Shown in pieces: positions 22,570 to 37,100 of a stretch of DNA of 64,000 nt. Within the stretch, counting starts at the first letter, position 1; each line of letters starts with the position of its first letter. A model generated the notes under the pieces. It searched no databases and was not told where the DNA came from. It worked only from the letters and a program-made list of their open reading frames with translations. Source of the DNA: Heterodontus francisci (lineage: Eukaryota); the NCBI RefSeq assembly GCF_036365525.1, contig NC_090373.1, forward strand, positions 193,152,161 to 193,216,160. Reading direction: 5' to 3'. The translations under genes and the position numbers were made by a program.

Positions 22570-23205
22570 ATAGAGTTATAACACTGTGTCCGATACAGAG
22601 GGTGGAATGTGTAATACAGAGAGTTAAACACTGTGTCCGATACCGAGCGTGGAGCGTGTCATAGAGTTAAACACTCTGTCCGATACAGAGGGTGGAGTGT
22701 GTAATACAGAGAGTTATAACACTGTGTCCGATACAGAGGGTGGAACGTGTAATACAGAGAGTTATAACACTGTGTCCGATACAGAGGGTGGAGTGTGTCA
22801 TAGAGTTAAACACTTTGTATTACACATTCCACCCTCTGTATCGGACAAAGTGTTTAACTCTATGACACACTCCACCCTCGTTATCGGACAGAGTGTTATA
22901 ACTCTCTGTATTACACATTCCACCCTCTGTATCGGACAGAGAGTTATAACACTCTATTACACATTCCACCCTCGTTATCGGACAGTGTTATAACTCTCTG
23001 TATAACACGCTCCACAGAGAGTTATAACACTGTCCGATACTGAGGGTAGAGTGTGTAATACAGAGTTATAACACTGTCCGATACAGAGTGTGGAGTGTGT
23101 AATACAGAGTGTTATAACTGTCCGATAACGAGGGTGGAGTGTGTAATACAGAGAGTGGAGTGTGTAATAGAGAGTTATAACACTGTCCGATACTGAGGGT
23201 ATTAC
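22570..23205. repeat. ~43-48 bp tandem repeat with an internally inverted block
   Basis: Unit AGAGTTATAACACTGTGTCCGATACAGAGGGTGGA(A/G)TGTGTAATACAG. Forward ~22570-22815, reverse-complement ~22816-23015, forward again to ~23205. Confidence 0.9.
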
Positions 23206-23696
23206 ACGCTATAGGAAGGACATGGTTGCACTGGAGATGGTGCAGAGGAGATTCACCAGGATGTTGCCTGGGCTGGAGCATTTCAGCTATGAAGACTGAA
23301 AAGGCTAGGGTTGTTTTCCTTAGAGCAGAGAAGGCTGAGTGGGGGGGATCTAATTGAGGTATACAAAATTGAGGGGCATAGACAGAGTAGATAGGAAGAA
23401 ACTTTTTCCCTTAGCGGAGGTGTCAATAACCAGGGGGCTTAGATTTAAGGTAAGGGCAGCTCAGCACCACCTTCTTGAGGGCAATTAGAGATGGACAATA
23501 TACACTGGCCTAGCCAGCGATGCTGACATCGATGTGCATGATGGAAAGAGTTACAATGTGGTCTGATATTGAGGATGAGGTGTGTAATGGGGAGAGTTGT
23601 AACAGACAGTGGGGTGATCTATTCCAGTTTGCTACTCAGCTTCTTACTCCAGATAATTGTGAAAGCCAACAATCTGCTGCTGTTTTCCTTTTGCAG

Positions 23697-23724
23697 TATG
23701 ATCCTGGCTTTGATAAATGACTGA
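23697..23724 (+). CDS. CNIH4: Cornichon homolog 4, last coding exon
   Basis: ttttgcag/T ATG ATC CTG GCT TTG ATA AAT GAC TGA = (S)MILALIND*. Exons sum to 420 nt = 139 aa plus stop. Confidence 0.95.
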
Positions 23725-23892
23725 CACTGTTGTGGACCCCCCTCAATGGCAACGCGCTCGAAGTACAGACCAGGGACTGTTGCTCCCGCTCAGTTCTGTT
23801 CACTTGGAAGTTCTCAAGTACAAGAAAAGGATGCATCATGCAGTTTATTTTTTGGACATGATTCAAATGTGTTTTGAAATTATTTTTTAAGC

Positions 23893-23898
23893 AATAAA
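23893..23898 (+). terminator. Probable CNIH4 polyadenylation signal
   Basis: AATAAA ~170 nt after the stop, in a T-rich context. Confidence 0.6.
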
Positions 23899-25897
23899 AG
23901 TTACTGTTTAAAAGGAAGTTGTTGATTCCCAGTTTGACTTATCAGGGAGAGATTTCCCATTGGCCCTTGCAGCACAGGCATTACCTGAATTGTACTTAGT
24001 GGGATTGGATTGCCAGAATGACCCTCAGTACCCTTGGGTTCAGGAAGGAACAATCCAAGCTGAGCTCCTCCTCCATCAACAATCGACAATGGTTTTATGG
24101 TTGCCATTAGACAAGCTTTTAATTCTAGATTTTTTTTTATTAATTGAATTCAAATTTCACCCTCTGCTGTGGTGGGTTTCGAACCCATGTCCCAAGAGCC
24201 TGGGGGGGTCTGGATTACTAGTTGTGACAATACCACTGTCTCAAGTATGTCTCTCACTTGCTGCAGAAGTTTCTACCTTTTGCTTTTTCCCATCTGCATC
24301 AGATAAATATTAGTCAGATGATGTCCCCTGTAATTGTTGTGCACTGCCCCTTCATCATCCTTCTCAATTTTTACATGAAGCAGAATGGCATGGCTAACCA
24401 ACACCTCACCACCATCAACCAGCTGAGTGGGCCTGCCCACACCTAGTTCCATTCCTTTCTATCTAATTGTAGCCAGAGAAGCACCGATGGTGGTTTATTT
24501 CCCCACCTGGACCATTGCCTCTGGTGTTCCTCAATAGTGTGAGGACTCTGCATCATGGCAGTCATGAGCTGTGAAATTTGGATTCTAAATTACATTTGGC
24601 CAGTTCTGTCCAGGGAGGGAGGGGATGAGTGAGGGATTGGGGGCTTCAAGGTGTGTGTGCTAATCAAATCACCTTAATGCTGATGGTTAGTTTGAACACA
24701 AGATTAAAAATGTAAACACAATTCATATTGCACTGTGTAGTCCTGCAGCCACAGCTCCTTTTTATCAAGAGTACTTTTTTCAATACAGTGTGGGAGTGCT
24801 GGGCACTAAGTGCTCCAACACCAAGCCAGGCAGTGAGCCAATGATAAGTGAATCTCTGCAACACAATGGGTGTTTAAGCAGGTGCTGCCCTGGTCAATGT
24901 TTCTTTCTGTACATCATCACCGATGGACTAGTCTCACGGCAGTTAGTGGGACCTTGCTGTTACCTGCATAACAGTTTGCGCACTTCAAGTGGTCAGTCGG
25001 GGCAGAATCCCCCACTTTCCCTGTCTGTCTCTTTCTCTCTCTGTCTCCCTAACTATGTCACTGACTGACTCACTCACACCCTATGTCTCTCATTGTGTCT
25101 TTTCTCTCACTCACTGTTCCCATTAACAAATAGTACAAGGACTGGAGGACACAGATTGGAAGTTTTGGGCAAAGGATGCAGGGGGAGTATGAGGAAGCAC
25201 TTTTTTTTTTTACACAGCGAGTGGTAACGACCCGGAATTCGCTGCCCATAATTACTTCAAGAGGAAGTTGGATGACCACCTCAGAGAAATAGACTTGCAA
25301 GGCTACAGGGATCGAGCTGGGGAGTGGGACTGATTGCATAACTCGATGGGCCGAATGACTCTGACTCTAATCGACAGAGTGCAAGTGTTGAGAGGAGTTC
25401 CTGACGAGAGAACAGCATACTGAAAGAATATACTACAGATTATTACTCAACTGAGGGGTGGAGGACAGGCTTATAGACATCAGCTGCACTTCAGAAGCTC
25501 AGGCAAGTGGTCAATCTGCATAGCTAAGCCTCGGCAGGGAGTTTCTACAGACCATGAAGCATCATATCCACAAACACAGTAGGAGCAGGATTCAGGCAGA
25601 GTTCCCTCTGACCTTTACACTTGGGGAATATTGGAACAGGAGTCGTCCATTTATCCCCTCGAGCCTGTTCCACCATTCTATGAGCTGATCTGTCACCCAA
25701 CTCCGTATACCCACCTTTGCACCATCTCCCTTATTATCTTTAGTTAGTTTCAAAACAGTGATATTTTTCTTTACCATTGATATAGCATCACTTGCCCTTT
25801 ATGTGTAGAAGTGTTTCCTAATTTCACTCCTGAAAGATCTGGTCCCGTTTTTAGACTATGCTCCCTAGTCTTAGATTGTCCAATCAGCAGAAATAGT

Positions 25898-26070
25898 AAA
25901 GTACTGTAAAGACTGGAAATCTGAAATAAAAACTAAGTGCTAGAAATATCAGCAGGTCTGACAGCATCTGCGGAGAGAAACCTGAAACCAGACTTGAAAT
26001 GTTAACTCTGTTTCTCTCTCCACAGATGCTGCCAGACCTGCTGAGTATTTTCAGCACTTTGTTTTTATTA
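25898..26070. mobile_element. Short palindromic non-autonomous element inserted in a decayed CR1
   Basis: Arms AATAAAAAC..CAGCAGGTCTGACAGCATCTGCGGAGAGA and TCTCTCCACAGATGCTGCCAGACCTGCTG..GTTTTTATT. Flanked by a 13-bp direct repeat CAGCAGAAATAGT (25885-25897, 26071-26083). Confidence 0.7.
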
Positions 26071-26256
26071 CAGCAGAAATAGTTTCTCTCTAATCCTATT
26101 CCCTTTAATATCTTGAAAACTTCTTCAAATCACTCCTCTTTCTAAATTGCAGGGAATACAATCTTTGTTGCACTTTCTCCAAGGCCAATATATCCTTCCT
26201 AAAGTGTAGTGCCCAGATCTGTTCAGAGTACTCCAGGTGTGGCATTGAAGCCAGTT

Positions 26257-26608
26257 GTGGCGCAGTGGTTAGCACTGCAGTCTCACAGCTCCAGGGACCC
26301 GGGTTTGATTCTGGGTACTGCCTGTGTGGAGTTTGCAAGTTCTCCCTGTGTCTGCGTGGGTTTTCTCCGGGTGCTCCGGTTTCCTCCCACAAGCCAAAAG
26401 ACTTGCAGGTTGGTAGGTAAATTGGCCATTATAAAAATTGTCACTAGTATAGGTAGGTGGTAGGGAAATATAGGAACAGGTGGGGATGTTTGGTAGGAAT
26501 ATGGGATTAGTGTAGGATTAGTATAAATGGGTGGTTGATGGTCGGCACAGACTCGGTGGGCCGAAGGGCCTGTTTCAGTGCTGTATCTCTAATCTAATCT
26601 AATCTAAT
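26257..26608 (+). mobile_element. tRNA-derived V-SINE (HE1-like)
   Basis: A/B-box head, V-domain TGTGTGGAGTTTGCA..GGGTGCTCCGGTTTCCTCCCAC, CR1-like 3' end GGGCCGAAGGGCCTGTT, (CTAAT)n tail. Confidence 0.85.
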
Positions 26609-29600
26609 AATGTCCCTGTCAAGATCAGCTGTCTACAGACCAGGGATTAAACCTGGGACCTTTTGCTCCATTAGACTCAGTGCCACACTAATAGCGAGCT
26701 CACTTACTGAGCCAGGACTCTGGAATCTCCCTATAACTCTGACCCTTCCTCTTATTCTCAGTACTGCAGACAAGGCATCTTACACCTTAGCCAGAATCAC
26801 TGATAAAACTTTGTCCTGTCAAGACCACAGCTTTTCCCAGGTATGAATAAAAGCTGAAAGTTCAGTAAGATGCAGTAATTTATTTTTTATTGAGTTTTAA
26901 GAAACAGGGGTACAAATCATCCTTGTTTTTTTCCTGATTTTTGAAGCATCACGTGCATTGCAGTGATGTGACAAAGTGGATTTTCTCAAACCTAATACAA
27001 CAGGAACAGAAATATTGGAAGCAGTTAACATTTATCAATCATTACGATATATTTAAAATGCTGTAACCTTTATAAAATAATGAAATGGTTTAAAATAATC
27101 TAAATTGGAAAAAATAAATAGGCAAAAAACAGGCTGGATATTAGGTTGTGTAATGGATTAACATAGAAACTAATGCAGAAAGAATTTACTTGTTCAATGT
27201 TGTTTCTAGGATTTAATGTAATGGCAAAGAAAATTGTGATATACACACCTTGTGTGATACTCATCCCCTCAGATTCTTCACACTACCAGTGACAGACACT
27301 AGTACTTCACCCGGTGTTACACGGTTCAAACTGCCCTCTCCAGATACAACCCAAGCTTGGAATCTGCAGTTGTATCTAGCTCGGCATGTTGATGCAAGCT
27401 CTCACACACCACACTGTTACACTTCATAGAAATCCCAGTTACAGCAGCTTGTTCAACGTTGCAAATTTCAAAAATAAGAGGCCAAAAGCAGTCACTCGAG
27501 CAAGAACATGACTGGTAGAGCAAATGATGAGTGTGCTCTTTGACATTTAGTATTAGCCTATTGCAAATATCCTTATAAATACCAAAAGCTCTAAATAAAT
27601 TAGCTCTACCACATCTGTGCATAAAGTCAAAACAGCAAAAGGACCTTCAGCTCAAATGGGCTTCCTGCCTGCCACTCTTCATCGCTAGAACAAAGGCTCT
27701 TAAAGAACATCTATTTACTTCCCCTTCAGAGGCCAGCAGACAGTTGGTTCATTGTGGAGCGAACCTGCAATGGTAACTTTCAAACATCCCATCTCTGTTG
27801 TGAGATGGATATAATATTGATGTAATTATGCATTATACACTTTAGCAATAGAGAAATGGGGTTTTGTTCAAATACACCCACATTAAAATAGTTACATAAG
27901 GAACAGATTTTCTTTTTCAGATTCATGGGGCTCAAGAAACCAAAGGTTAAACCGAACACTTAACCAGAGTAATGATCAGACAACGGACTATCAAGTAAAA
28001 ATTCTGGAAATATGCACAGGAGGATGTGTCAGCATCTGAAAGAGTAAAGGCTGTTTCGCATCTGGCTTTCTCAGTTCTGGGAGTGGAGGTCTACCCAAGA
28101 TGCTGCCTTTTTCCTTCATGGATACTGACACATCATTCTGCGTTTAACCAGAATTTCCGATTCTTTTCTGGAAAATCGAGGGGGAAAACCCACTTGGGCA
28201 ATCAGACAGTTAAAACCACCTAACTTTAGGATATGAACATGAACTGTCCATCCTCTTGTTAGGTTGTTTTTTAATCAGTGACTAAATTTGGGTCGAGAGA
28301 ATGATTTCTACAAATGCACAAATCACTATTCTGATCAAAGGACCGATCAAATGCGGTTGCATTTTACTGGCCTTGTAATGTCCAATAGGCCTTTTAATTT
28401 CAAATATCATTTAAGAAAATTTTCTTTTGATACATAGCAAAACTTGATTGTGTTTAATTTATTATAATGCAGAATATAAGTCTGATAGCTCTCTTTATGG
28501 CTGAAATTGTATTTTTCAAAGTGTGGGGCAGCAGTTCTGGGAATGGAACACTTATCCAGGGGTCCCAGGTCAAGTATAGCACCTGGGTTTTATACACAAC
28601 AAAACTTCTTCTACATGGCCTCAATAATATGCCATAGCACCAACCTTCAGAAGGGAACTCTGTACTGTACCAGGGTGATTTCCCCACCCTCCCACCTTCC
28701 ATATGGCTTGATCGAGACTGATTATTCTTTTGGTGTGCATTAGTGCTAAATTAAGGCAATTCTATGCAGCAGACCTACTAGGGATCAAGGTTAAGCCTGT
28801 TCCCTAACTGACTGAGGAGTCCTCACACACTGCTTGCAGAGACAACATTTAACAAATGAACACAAGTCTCTAAATATTGAAGATCGTGTGATAACCTACT
28901 CTACCTCTGGTTACAATGCATCATAGTCTGCCGCATTAGGATGGTATTTGCCCATGGATTCCACGGCAACAAAGAGGAAACTCTAGTTCAACACATGGCC
29001 TGTCACACCCACAGATGTGTCTTGGTACTCTGTGCTCGCAATATGCTACACCATCATTATTACAGCTGTACAGAATGGATTTAGGCAATAGCAAAAGCAT
29101 ATCTTAACAGGAAGTTTAAAACCCCTTTGTTAGAGGTAGGTTTATGCAAACTCGCTACTGATTGTTAAGCCACAGCACATCTGAGCAATTGTCTGATTTA
29201 AGTCACAGCCTTGGAGACAGGCAACCTCTAATCCAGTCCCAATACAAGGGTCATCAGCCCTGGAGACAGGTAACCCCTATCAGTTCCAATACAAGGGTAT
29301 GTTCTTTCCGTTAAGTAGCAAATGCTGCATCGCTTAAGGCTACTGATAATTCACTGCATTGAGGTAATTTATACTCTACAACCTCTCCCAAGTTGCCACC
29401 TTGTTATAGGCAGCATCTTGTGATATTCTGGGCAATTTCAAGGAGCTGAGCATCACACTTGCAATAAAGGCCCCCTGAAACCTTAGGTTCTGGTCAAAGA
29501 GCTCAAAATCTGGGTCCCCATTATCATCATCATTTCTCAATGAACACAAGATGCTAAGGATGTTGAAGATAGTGTAATAACCAAATCAGGCAGTGAAATA

Positions 29601-30379
29601 ACAGACAGCAGCCACCTGCCAGCTTAATCTCAAGACAACAATGGCACAATACTTTAATATTTCCCTACGGATTGTACAGAAGATTCAATGTTGGGAACAA
29701 ACATTCTGTCTGCTCATGTCATTGACCTCTACAATTCCTGGGTTCTGCCACCAGAAGGGAGCGGAGAGTCATAGCAAACCACGCATCTCCAGAAATTAAC
29801 TGACACACTGAAAACCTCAGCAATTTGCACTACCAGATTAAACGGCCATTCATCTCATTGCTGTTTACTAGATCTTGTGTGTGCAAAACAGTGGATACAT
29901 TTACCTATGTAAGGCATGACACCTCAAAGTAACTGTGTGTGTGAAGCACTTTGACTGGGCTGAGATACAGTAAGGTGTTGTGTAAATGCCAGTCTTAACT
30001 GTTTTTAACACAATGCTTGAAATAATTTAATATCCCCACCATTAACTACCCTATAGAAAGGGATTTTTTTTTTTTTTAAGCAGGGTGGGGTTTAAGGAAG
30101 TATTAGGTTGTAGCAAAGCCCCAAACCCAGTGTCTGCTTAAACAGTTTAACGTGCATTTGAGGAGCTAAATTTGATCTGTTGGCTCTTCAATGGCATTTC
30201 TTCTGTTTCGGGTAGCTTGCTCAATGTTAGAGTGTGTCTCAGAGTTAACTATATTATAAAAAGCATCTCAGCTAAAGGTTCAGGTCCTTTGCGCAATCCA
30301 TAAGCAGCAGCAGAGAATACCTGAAGTTTCAGTCAAGAGGCCAATAGTTAACTCAAAGGTTGAGGAATCAGGATAAACC

Positions 30380-31150
30380 CTGGGTAATGGCCATCGATGG
30401 AAACTGGGCACTGAAAGGAGTTACATTGAGGGAGAGGGGTAGAATGTTGGGACCACTATTGTTTCTAAATTACATCAAGGACCTGGATTTAGAAACTCAA
30501 AATAAAATGGTCATATTTGCAAATACCAAATTAGGAGGGATCGTGAAATCAGAAGATGCTTCTCAACAATAGAAAAAGAAATATAAAGTTTAATACAAAC
30601 GTTCTAATATCCTGCAGATAGGACGGAAAAATAGATGGGATTCATATCCATGAATGGTGTTGAAATAACTAAGGAGTAAACTCATACACCTGGGAGTTTT
30701 TGATTTGGCTTTAGACATGTCCAGCCACTGCAGAGCAGCAATCAACAAAGCCAATAGAATATTGAACTATGCAGCCAAGGCGGCAGAGTATGCCACAGAT
30801 GGTGATCAAACTGTACAGTGTTCTGGCCAGACAGCACCCCAAGTACTGTATACCGGCTGCCAAGAAAAATGGGCCATTCAAACGCTAGACAGTTGGTATC
30901 AAGGGTCTATGTTATGAGACACACTCAGGTTTTTCATCCTGGGAAGAAGTCTGAAGATGGAGGGGTATCTAAGAGTAGGATAAGGGAATACAGGTAGAAA
31001 GTGATGAGAAAAATATTTAGGGCCGACACCAGAAAACTATTCAATAACTTGCATGAAATAGACTGGATAAAGTAGTGGAGGCAACAATTAAGAAACATGG
31101 ATACCGCAAGAAAGATTTCTGGATCAATGAATTTAGATAGCTACATTTGC
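30380..31150 (+). mobile_element. Old, highly decayed CR1 fragment
   Basis: LGPLLFLNYIKDLD, FANTKLGG, HCRAAINKANRILNY remnants. Confidence 0.6.
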
Positions 31151-34100
31151 TCCATCTTGTGAAACTCCTGACTAGACGAGGAATACAAATTTCATCTAGG
31201 ATAAAGAGATCGATCTAAATTCTTTTGACACAAATAAAAAACTGTGCTCCTACCCAAGACAAATAGATCCACTCAAGTGTCACGGGGTAAGATCGCACTC
31301 TTATTTATACATGATTCACAAGCTATTCTTGCAATTGTACATCTATACCTACTGGGCTACAATGTTGTGAGGAGCCCACAAAAACAGCCAATATTGACAA
31401 GTTCAAATGCCATCTTTCAGACTGACATAGCCCAAGAAAATAACATTTGTGAACTGGATTGAAAAGGACAGGAAAGACTTAAGACATGACTGTCAAAGTA
31501 TTACCACCCTGTGACATACTTAGCTGATGCAAGTGAACTATCACAACAAGTTGAACCTGAAAGGCATTTAAAATCAGCAACAAATACGGCAGGCACCAAG
31601 GAAGGGCAGTGAAGAAGGTCTTAGTAGATGCCAGGTCTGAAGTCCTGGATATCTTGAGGTCCTGAAAAGAGATGCTGTATGGAATATGCCAATTGAAACC
31701 TAACTGGGTACAGGGTCCATATGAGCTGACTGATAACAAGTATACACCACTAAACCAATTGAGATTGAGATATGTATATGCAGGCTTCATTACAATGTAT
31801 TACAAGACTATGAATGCAGAGGTTCTACTTAATAACTTTAACTTGCAGTGGCAGTACTTAAAAGCAAAGAAACTCAATATCCCTCACCAATGGATGCATC
31901 AAAGTAGATAACCTTGAGAGCCCGTATTACTCAGCAACCATACTGAGCTTTGAGATTTCTTTTATCAGATGTAGGATATATTAAATCACTGTGGTGAACT
32001 ATGAAGGGAGACCAAACTTGGCTCTGTTCCAAGCTTCAAGCACTTTCTCAACAGCACCAGAGGATAAAATCCAATCTTGACAGTGAGGCACCCCATAACA
32101 ATATCAAAATGGGCCAGCCTTCAGGCATCAGTGGAAACGATCTTCTGAAGCTAAACAATTTCGTCGAGGAACCAGAATCACTGATTGGATACATCAGGTG
32201 GTCTCTTTTGGGACTCCAAGCCACAGCACAGGCTCTTAAATCCCAAACAAAAACAAGCCCTTCTTTCAAGGAACTCATTTCAACTATAATCATCTCCTGG
32301 TTCTGTAAGTCAGAAGAATGGCCTTTGTCACTAAGTGGTTCTCTTCCTGGTATTTCCTGACCCTTTAGTAATGGCAGGGGATGAGCCAACACAATAAGCC
32401 ACAGGACTCTCCAACATCTTGGAACCTTGGTGTGGTCTCCATTGTTCATTCTCTAGTGCTTAAAGAGGAGTGGTTTTATCCTTTGCTGTTCCTGCCCTCA
32501 GAATACTGTCTCATATGGCAAGTTGAATTCATGTAACAAATTTGTTGCAAAGCAATTTGTAGCTTTGAGTTCAAGTTGAGGTATTCCACAAAGTCCATTT
32601 TTAACACATTCAGAGGAAGAGCGAGCGAGGGTTTGAGCTCTGTCTGCCAAATTTCCTAATTCAAGACCAGTTACAATAGGACACTGCAATTGTTGGGCCA
32701 AGCCATTCCCCCAAGTTCATCATCAAGCAGTCACTTCCGACTGGTATATGGATGGATGATTCTGCTCACTGTGTCATTTAGAGGCAGGGTGAAACTCAAA
32801 CTCCTGGCAAGGTGTGTAATGTACTTATCCAATAGATGGAGTGGCGGTGACATCCATATATACAGAACACATCCCACTTGGGTACTAAGGATATCAAAAC
32901 AATAGTGTAAAGTAGAAAATGTTCACTATTGCATGCTGATACCACAGAGAACCCAACCATTACAAGTCCCAGGATACTCCAATTCTGACAAAGCCTTTTT
33001 TTGCTCCTGTTTATGAAATTATGCTTGAGATATCTTTGCAAAAAAAATCTCCATTAACTTATTTGTCAGAAAAGGTAAATCATTCTGTTTAGCATCATTT
33101 AAAACAGCAATGTTCTTGAATGTAAATGCAAGACGCAGAAAGTGTTTACAGTATGGAATGCTGCTGAAAAATTCACTGAAAAGAAAAGCAGCTAGACAAA
33201 ATGCTGAACTTTGTGCATATTGCTGGCAGCCTCTTACCAAGCAATATTAAATATCCTTTGCACAATTTTTAATTTAAAATATCAAAGGTATTTCCTCGGA
33301 ACAAGGTATAGAGACAGGTTATCAAAATACTGGCCAACCATCTTTTTGTGTGACTGGTTGGCAGAGGTGGGCAATGTCTATAAAAGGTATAGAGACAGAA
33401 GATCAATATACTGGGGGGGGGGGGGGGGGGGGGGGTGGAGATGGGAAATGGAGATGGGAAATGTCTGTAAAGGCACTAGAACCATCACAGGAATGATTAC
33501 ATTCTGCATCTGGCTACCTACTGGCTCATAATACGAATATTGTACCCATCCATAAAGTCCCAGGTGTCAGTGTAGCCGTGGGGAGGGGGGTAAACAGAGG
33601 GTTAAATTAGGCATGGTCCCAACTGATGATCAGTAACTTGATGGAATGTGAACATGACTAGTCTTAGATGTGGTGCTACCCATAGTTGAATAGCCTAACC
33701 CAGTGTCTAGATTTGCGTGCAGAAAATAAAAAACAAATTGGGGAAATGCCTGCATCAGGTACGAGAGCTGAATACCATACCTTTCAATATTTAAGAGTCT
33801 GCTCTCTTCACTGGATATGAACTCTTAACCCAAGGGACACTTCACCAAAGGAGATTCTGAAGCCAAACATAAAGCATCCCCTTATTTTTCTGACAATAAC
33901 AAAGACTGTGGGAAGTTGTCAAAGTCCTAGATTCTGACCAACCTCAATGTCTAGGGACTACCTATTAGTTTTTCCAATGAGCTCCCTCTATCAACCTCGA
34001 CAGATCTGAAGATTAAATCATGACCACTTGCGTTTGTGCAGAGTTAGCAGGTGCCACCTGGGGAAATAGGATATGTGCTACAATTAGCCTCTGTACCCTA

Positions 34101-37100
34101 GGGCAAGAGAAGAGCAAAACAAGCCTAGGTTTCCACCTCTGTCTCTAATTATCTTTACTGTGTGACTATTGTGTGAGTTAAATAATCACCCCAGATCAGC
34201 ATATATGCATCACTAGGGTCACAATTTTTGAAGCTGGGATATAAGCAGTCTCCAGAACTAGAACACAGTGCACCCAACTAACAGGCCAACCTGCACCTTC
34301 TAACAGTAAACTGAACTGATTGACAAGGGCTGTGTAGTTCGCAATCTCTACTTTGTAGCTGGCACAATATAGCTCAAGGTGCACTGCCGACAGAACTCCA
34401 AAGCTGCATCATAATTTATATGAAAAGATGATTTGGTTTGTTCTGGTGGGATCTGCTCACAAACCTGCTCTTCCCAGTTTTTGGATCAAAACATCTGCTG
34501 ACAACATGCTTCTCAGGAACTAAGCAATGTGAATATTGCACAAGGATCCACACAAAAGTATTTGTATCGCTAAGAATTGGTGCTATTTTAAGGACGGCAA
34601 ACTCATCACAAAAAATGCTCAAATCAGTTTCCCCTTCTTTCTGAACACACTCAGCTTTGGATTTCACTCAAGGGGCTCTATTAGTGCTACACACAGATGT
34701 AAAGGCAGGTTTGCAGAAACATGTAAACTTGTCAGACAAGATTTTGAAACACTGTTTTAACTGAATGCGTTTAAAATAGAAACTTGGAATATATGTATTA
34801 ACTGTATCTAGAATAATCTTGCCAAGAGCTGGAAAAACAGAACATATTTCCAATCTAAGACTGGTAAATTGTCAGTTAATATCTCATATCTATTCCCTAG
34901 TGCACAGCATCTAAACTCACACTGAAATATTGAATTTATACAGCACACTATATTTAAAGGTGGTCTGAAGGAACACACACTGTCGAAAGTACTTCCCCAA
35001 TGTTTATATTGAACAAAGTGAATAATCTGATGCTCTTTTATCAATTTCCTACCTCTAACAGACACAGCAGGTGGGCCCTACTCACTGCTTGGCATAACAG
35101 AAAGAGCCTTATGTGGCTCAGGAGCAGCTCTGCAGAATCTAAATCTTGAATGGAATTGTACTACTAGGGGATATAAAACCTGTGGGAGTTGTGACAGAAA
35201 ATTGATTATATAATAATTTTAAGTATATTCTGGGGTGGGGAGTAATATGAACACACTCCTACCCTTCTCTTATATTAAACCAACATTGTAAGATCACTTT
35301 ATATAGAATGTTGAAGCTGTAGTCATTTTGTGTTACCTAACCCATCAAAATCGACTAGCAGTTAACCCAATCACCTAGGTTCATTAAGGGACACTCCCAA
35401 ACTTTGAAAATTTAAAAGTGACTATTTAGCATCCTACTCCAAAATATATGACCAATGTGGCATGATAAATCATTTGAAATATCAAACAGTGCGGAGTATT
35501 AACACCACTTACATTTTCTATTTCACATTAAGATAGCAAATAACTAGCACACTCCAGGGGAACCTTTCTGCCCACTCTGTAACCTCAGGTCAGTAGATCT
35601 AGGGCAGTAAGTAACTAGCAAAAGGAACAAGTCACATGTCAGGGAGCATAAAATGAATGAAAGCAGGAACAAATCCTGCAAATATATTAACTAATTGGGA
35701 AGAAAACCCAATGCTGATCCATGTGGACATTCAATTCTTTGCACTGAAATTAGAGACCCAGTGCTAAAACTCTGCAGAACTAATGCTAAATGCAGATCAC
35801 TGGAGCTGCCCCTGTTACAGAGACACAAATGTGAAAACATTAATACTGACTGCAATTAATTGACACCTTCAGAGCTATGGTGTGTGTGTTCAGCATGGGT
35901 ATGAATCACAGCTAGTGAAACCATCCCAGGTGTGGGCCTGATTGACACTGGCACAAATTCTGGCTTTAAGTTGGGTGTTTTGCATGGCACACTGCCAGTT
36001 CTGAAGTACAGCCAATCTCTAACTGGACAAAGTCAGATTACAGTCTCTCAGCAATGCAGCTTTCTCTCCCCAACACTGAGTTTAACAGACTAAATACAAA
36101 CTACAATTTTTGTTAATAGGATCCAATTTGCACCCCCATCTCGACAAAGTGATCTTTGTTTTCCTTTTCCTCTCCTTCCCCAGTGCAAAAAAGCAAACTT
36201 CCAAATAACACAAACCCAAATTTGGAAGAGATTTAATCTTGGTTCTAATAGCAGTTGTACATAAAAAATAAATCGTGGACTCTAAAAGAATGTACAAATA
36301 AATTGGCAAAGTACAAATTTGTGATCGATAGATATCTGATTGATCGAGTCACTATTCAATTTCAGATTGCATTGCTGTTTCCCCACGCCACCCTCCCCAC
36401 CCCAGATCCAACTCACACAGGTCAAGTACTAGCTACACTACGAAATAAAGGCATTAAACCACATTGCTGCACCTTTTCTCTTGAGCCCTTAGACCTGCAC
36501 ACTTCCTTCAATGTCACTTTTCAAAAGGAGGAACAAATTCTATAGTAGAGAATGGTTCACCAGTAGGAGGTAACACCTATGCACTTCCCACTCCAGCAGC
36601 AGTGCAACACCTGGCAATTGTCAGTGTCGGTTAATAGTTTTGAGGGGTACATTAAATTATATTGGTAACATATGCAAAAAAAAATCTAAGCAGATTGGCC
36701 AATATGTGGTGAGAAATCTTGGGAGATTACTGTAACTAGTTGAGAATTTAAAAATGGGCAAAATAGAAATGGCAAAATAAAAAAGGGCAAACAGGATCAT
36801 AGTATATTGCACAAGTGAAGGTGCGATAAGGTTTCTCCTCCTTAAGCATTTACATTTTCGCTTGTCCTTGCTTTAAGCCTTCCCATACTCAGCAGCAGTT
36901 CCCTGACAGGAAGGAAAGAAGGCATGTGCCCTGCTTCCAAGCCTCTACCAATGCTGCTCTGTAATCATCCACCTGAAAAGGTGCTGCAGGGTTCACTCAG
37001 TGATTTTTTTTTTAAACCAACTCATACCACCCACCCCACTCCCGCCCACTCCAAGGGAAAAGCACCTGGTGTCAACCCCGAGCTAAGATCAACAACTTGC

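Noticed and set aside
26257-26325. tRNA genes at SINE heads (also ~38337, ~58352, ~62574)
   Set aside because: The tRNA-like heads continue into SINE bodies and LINE-derived tails.
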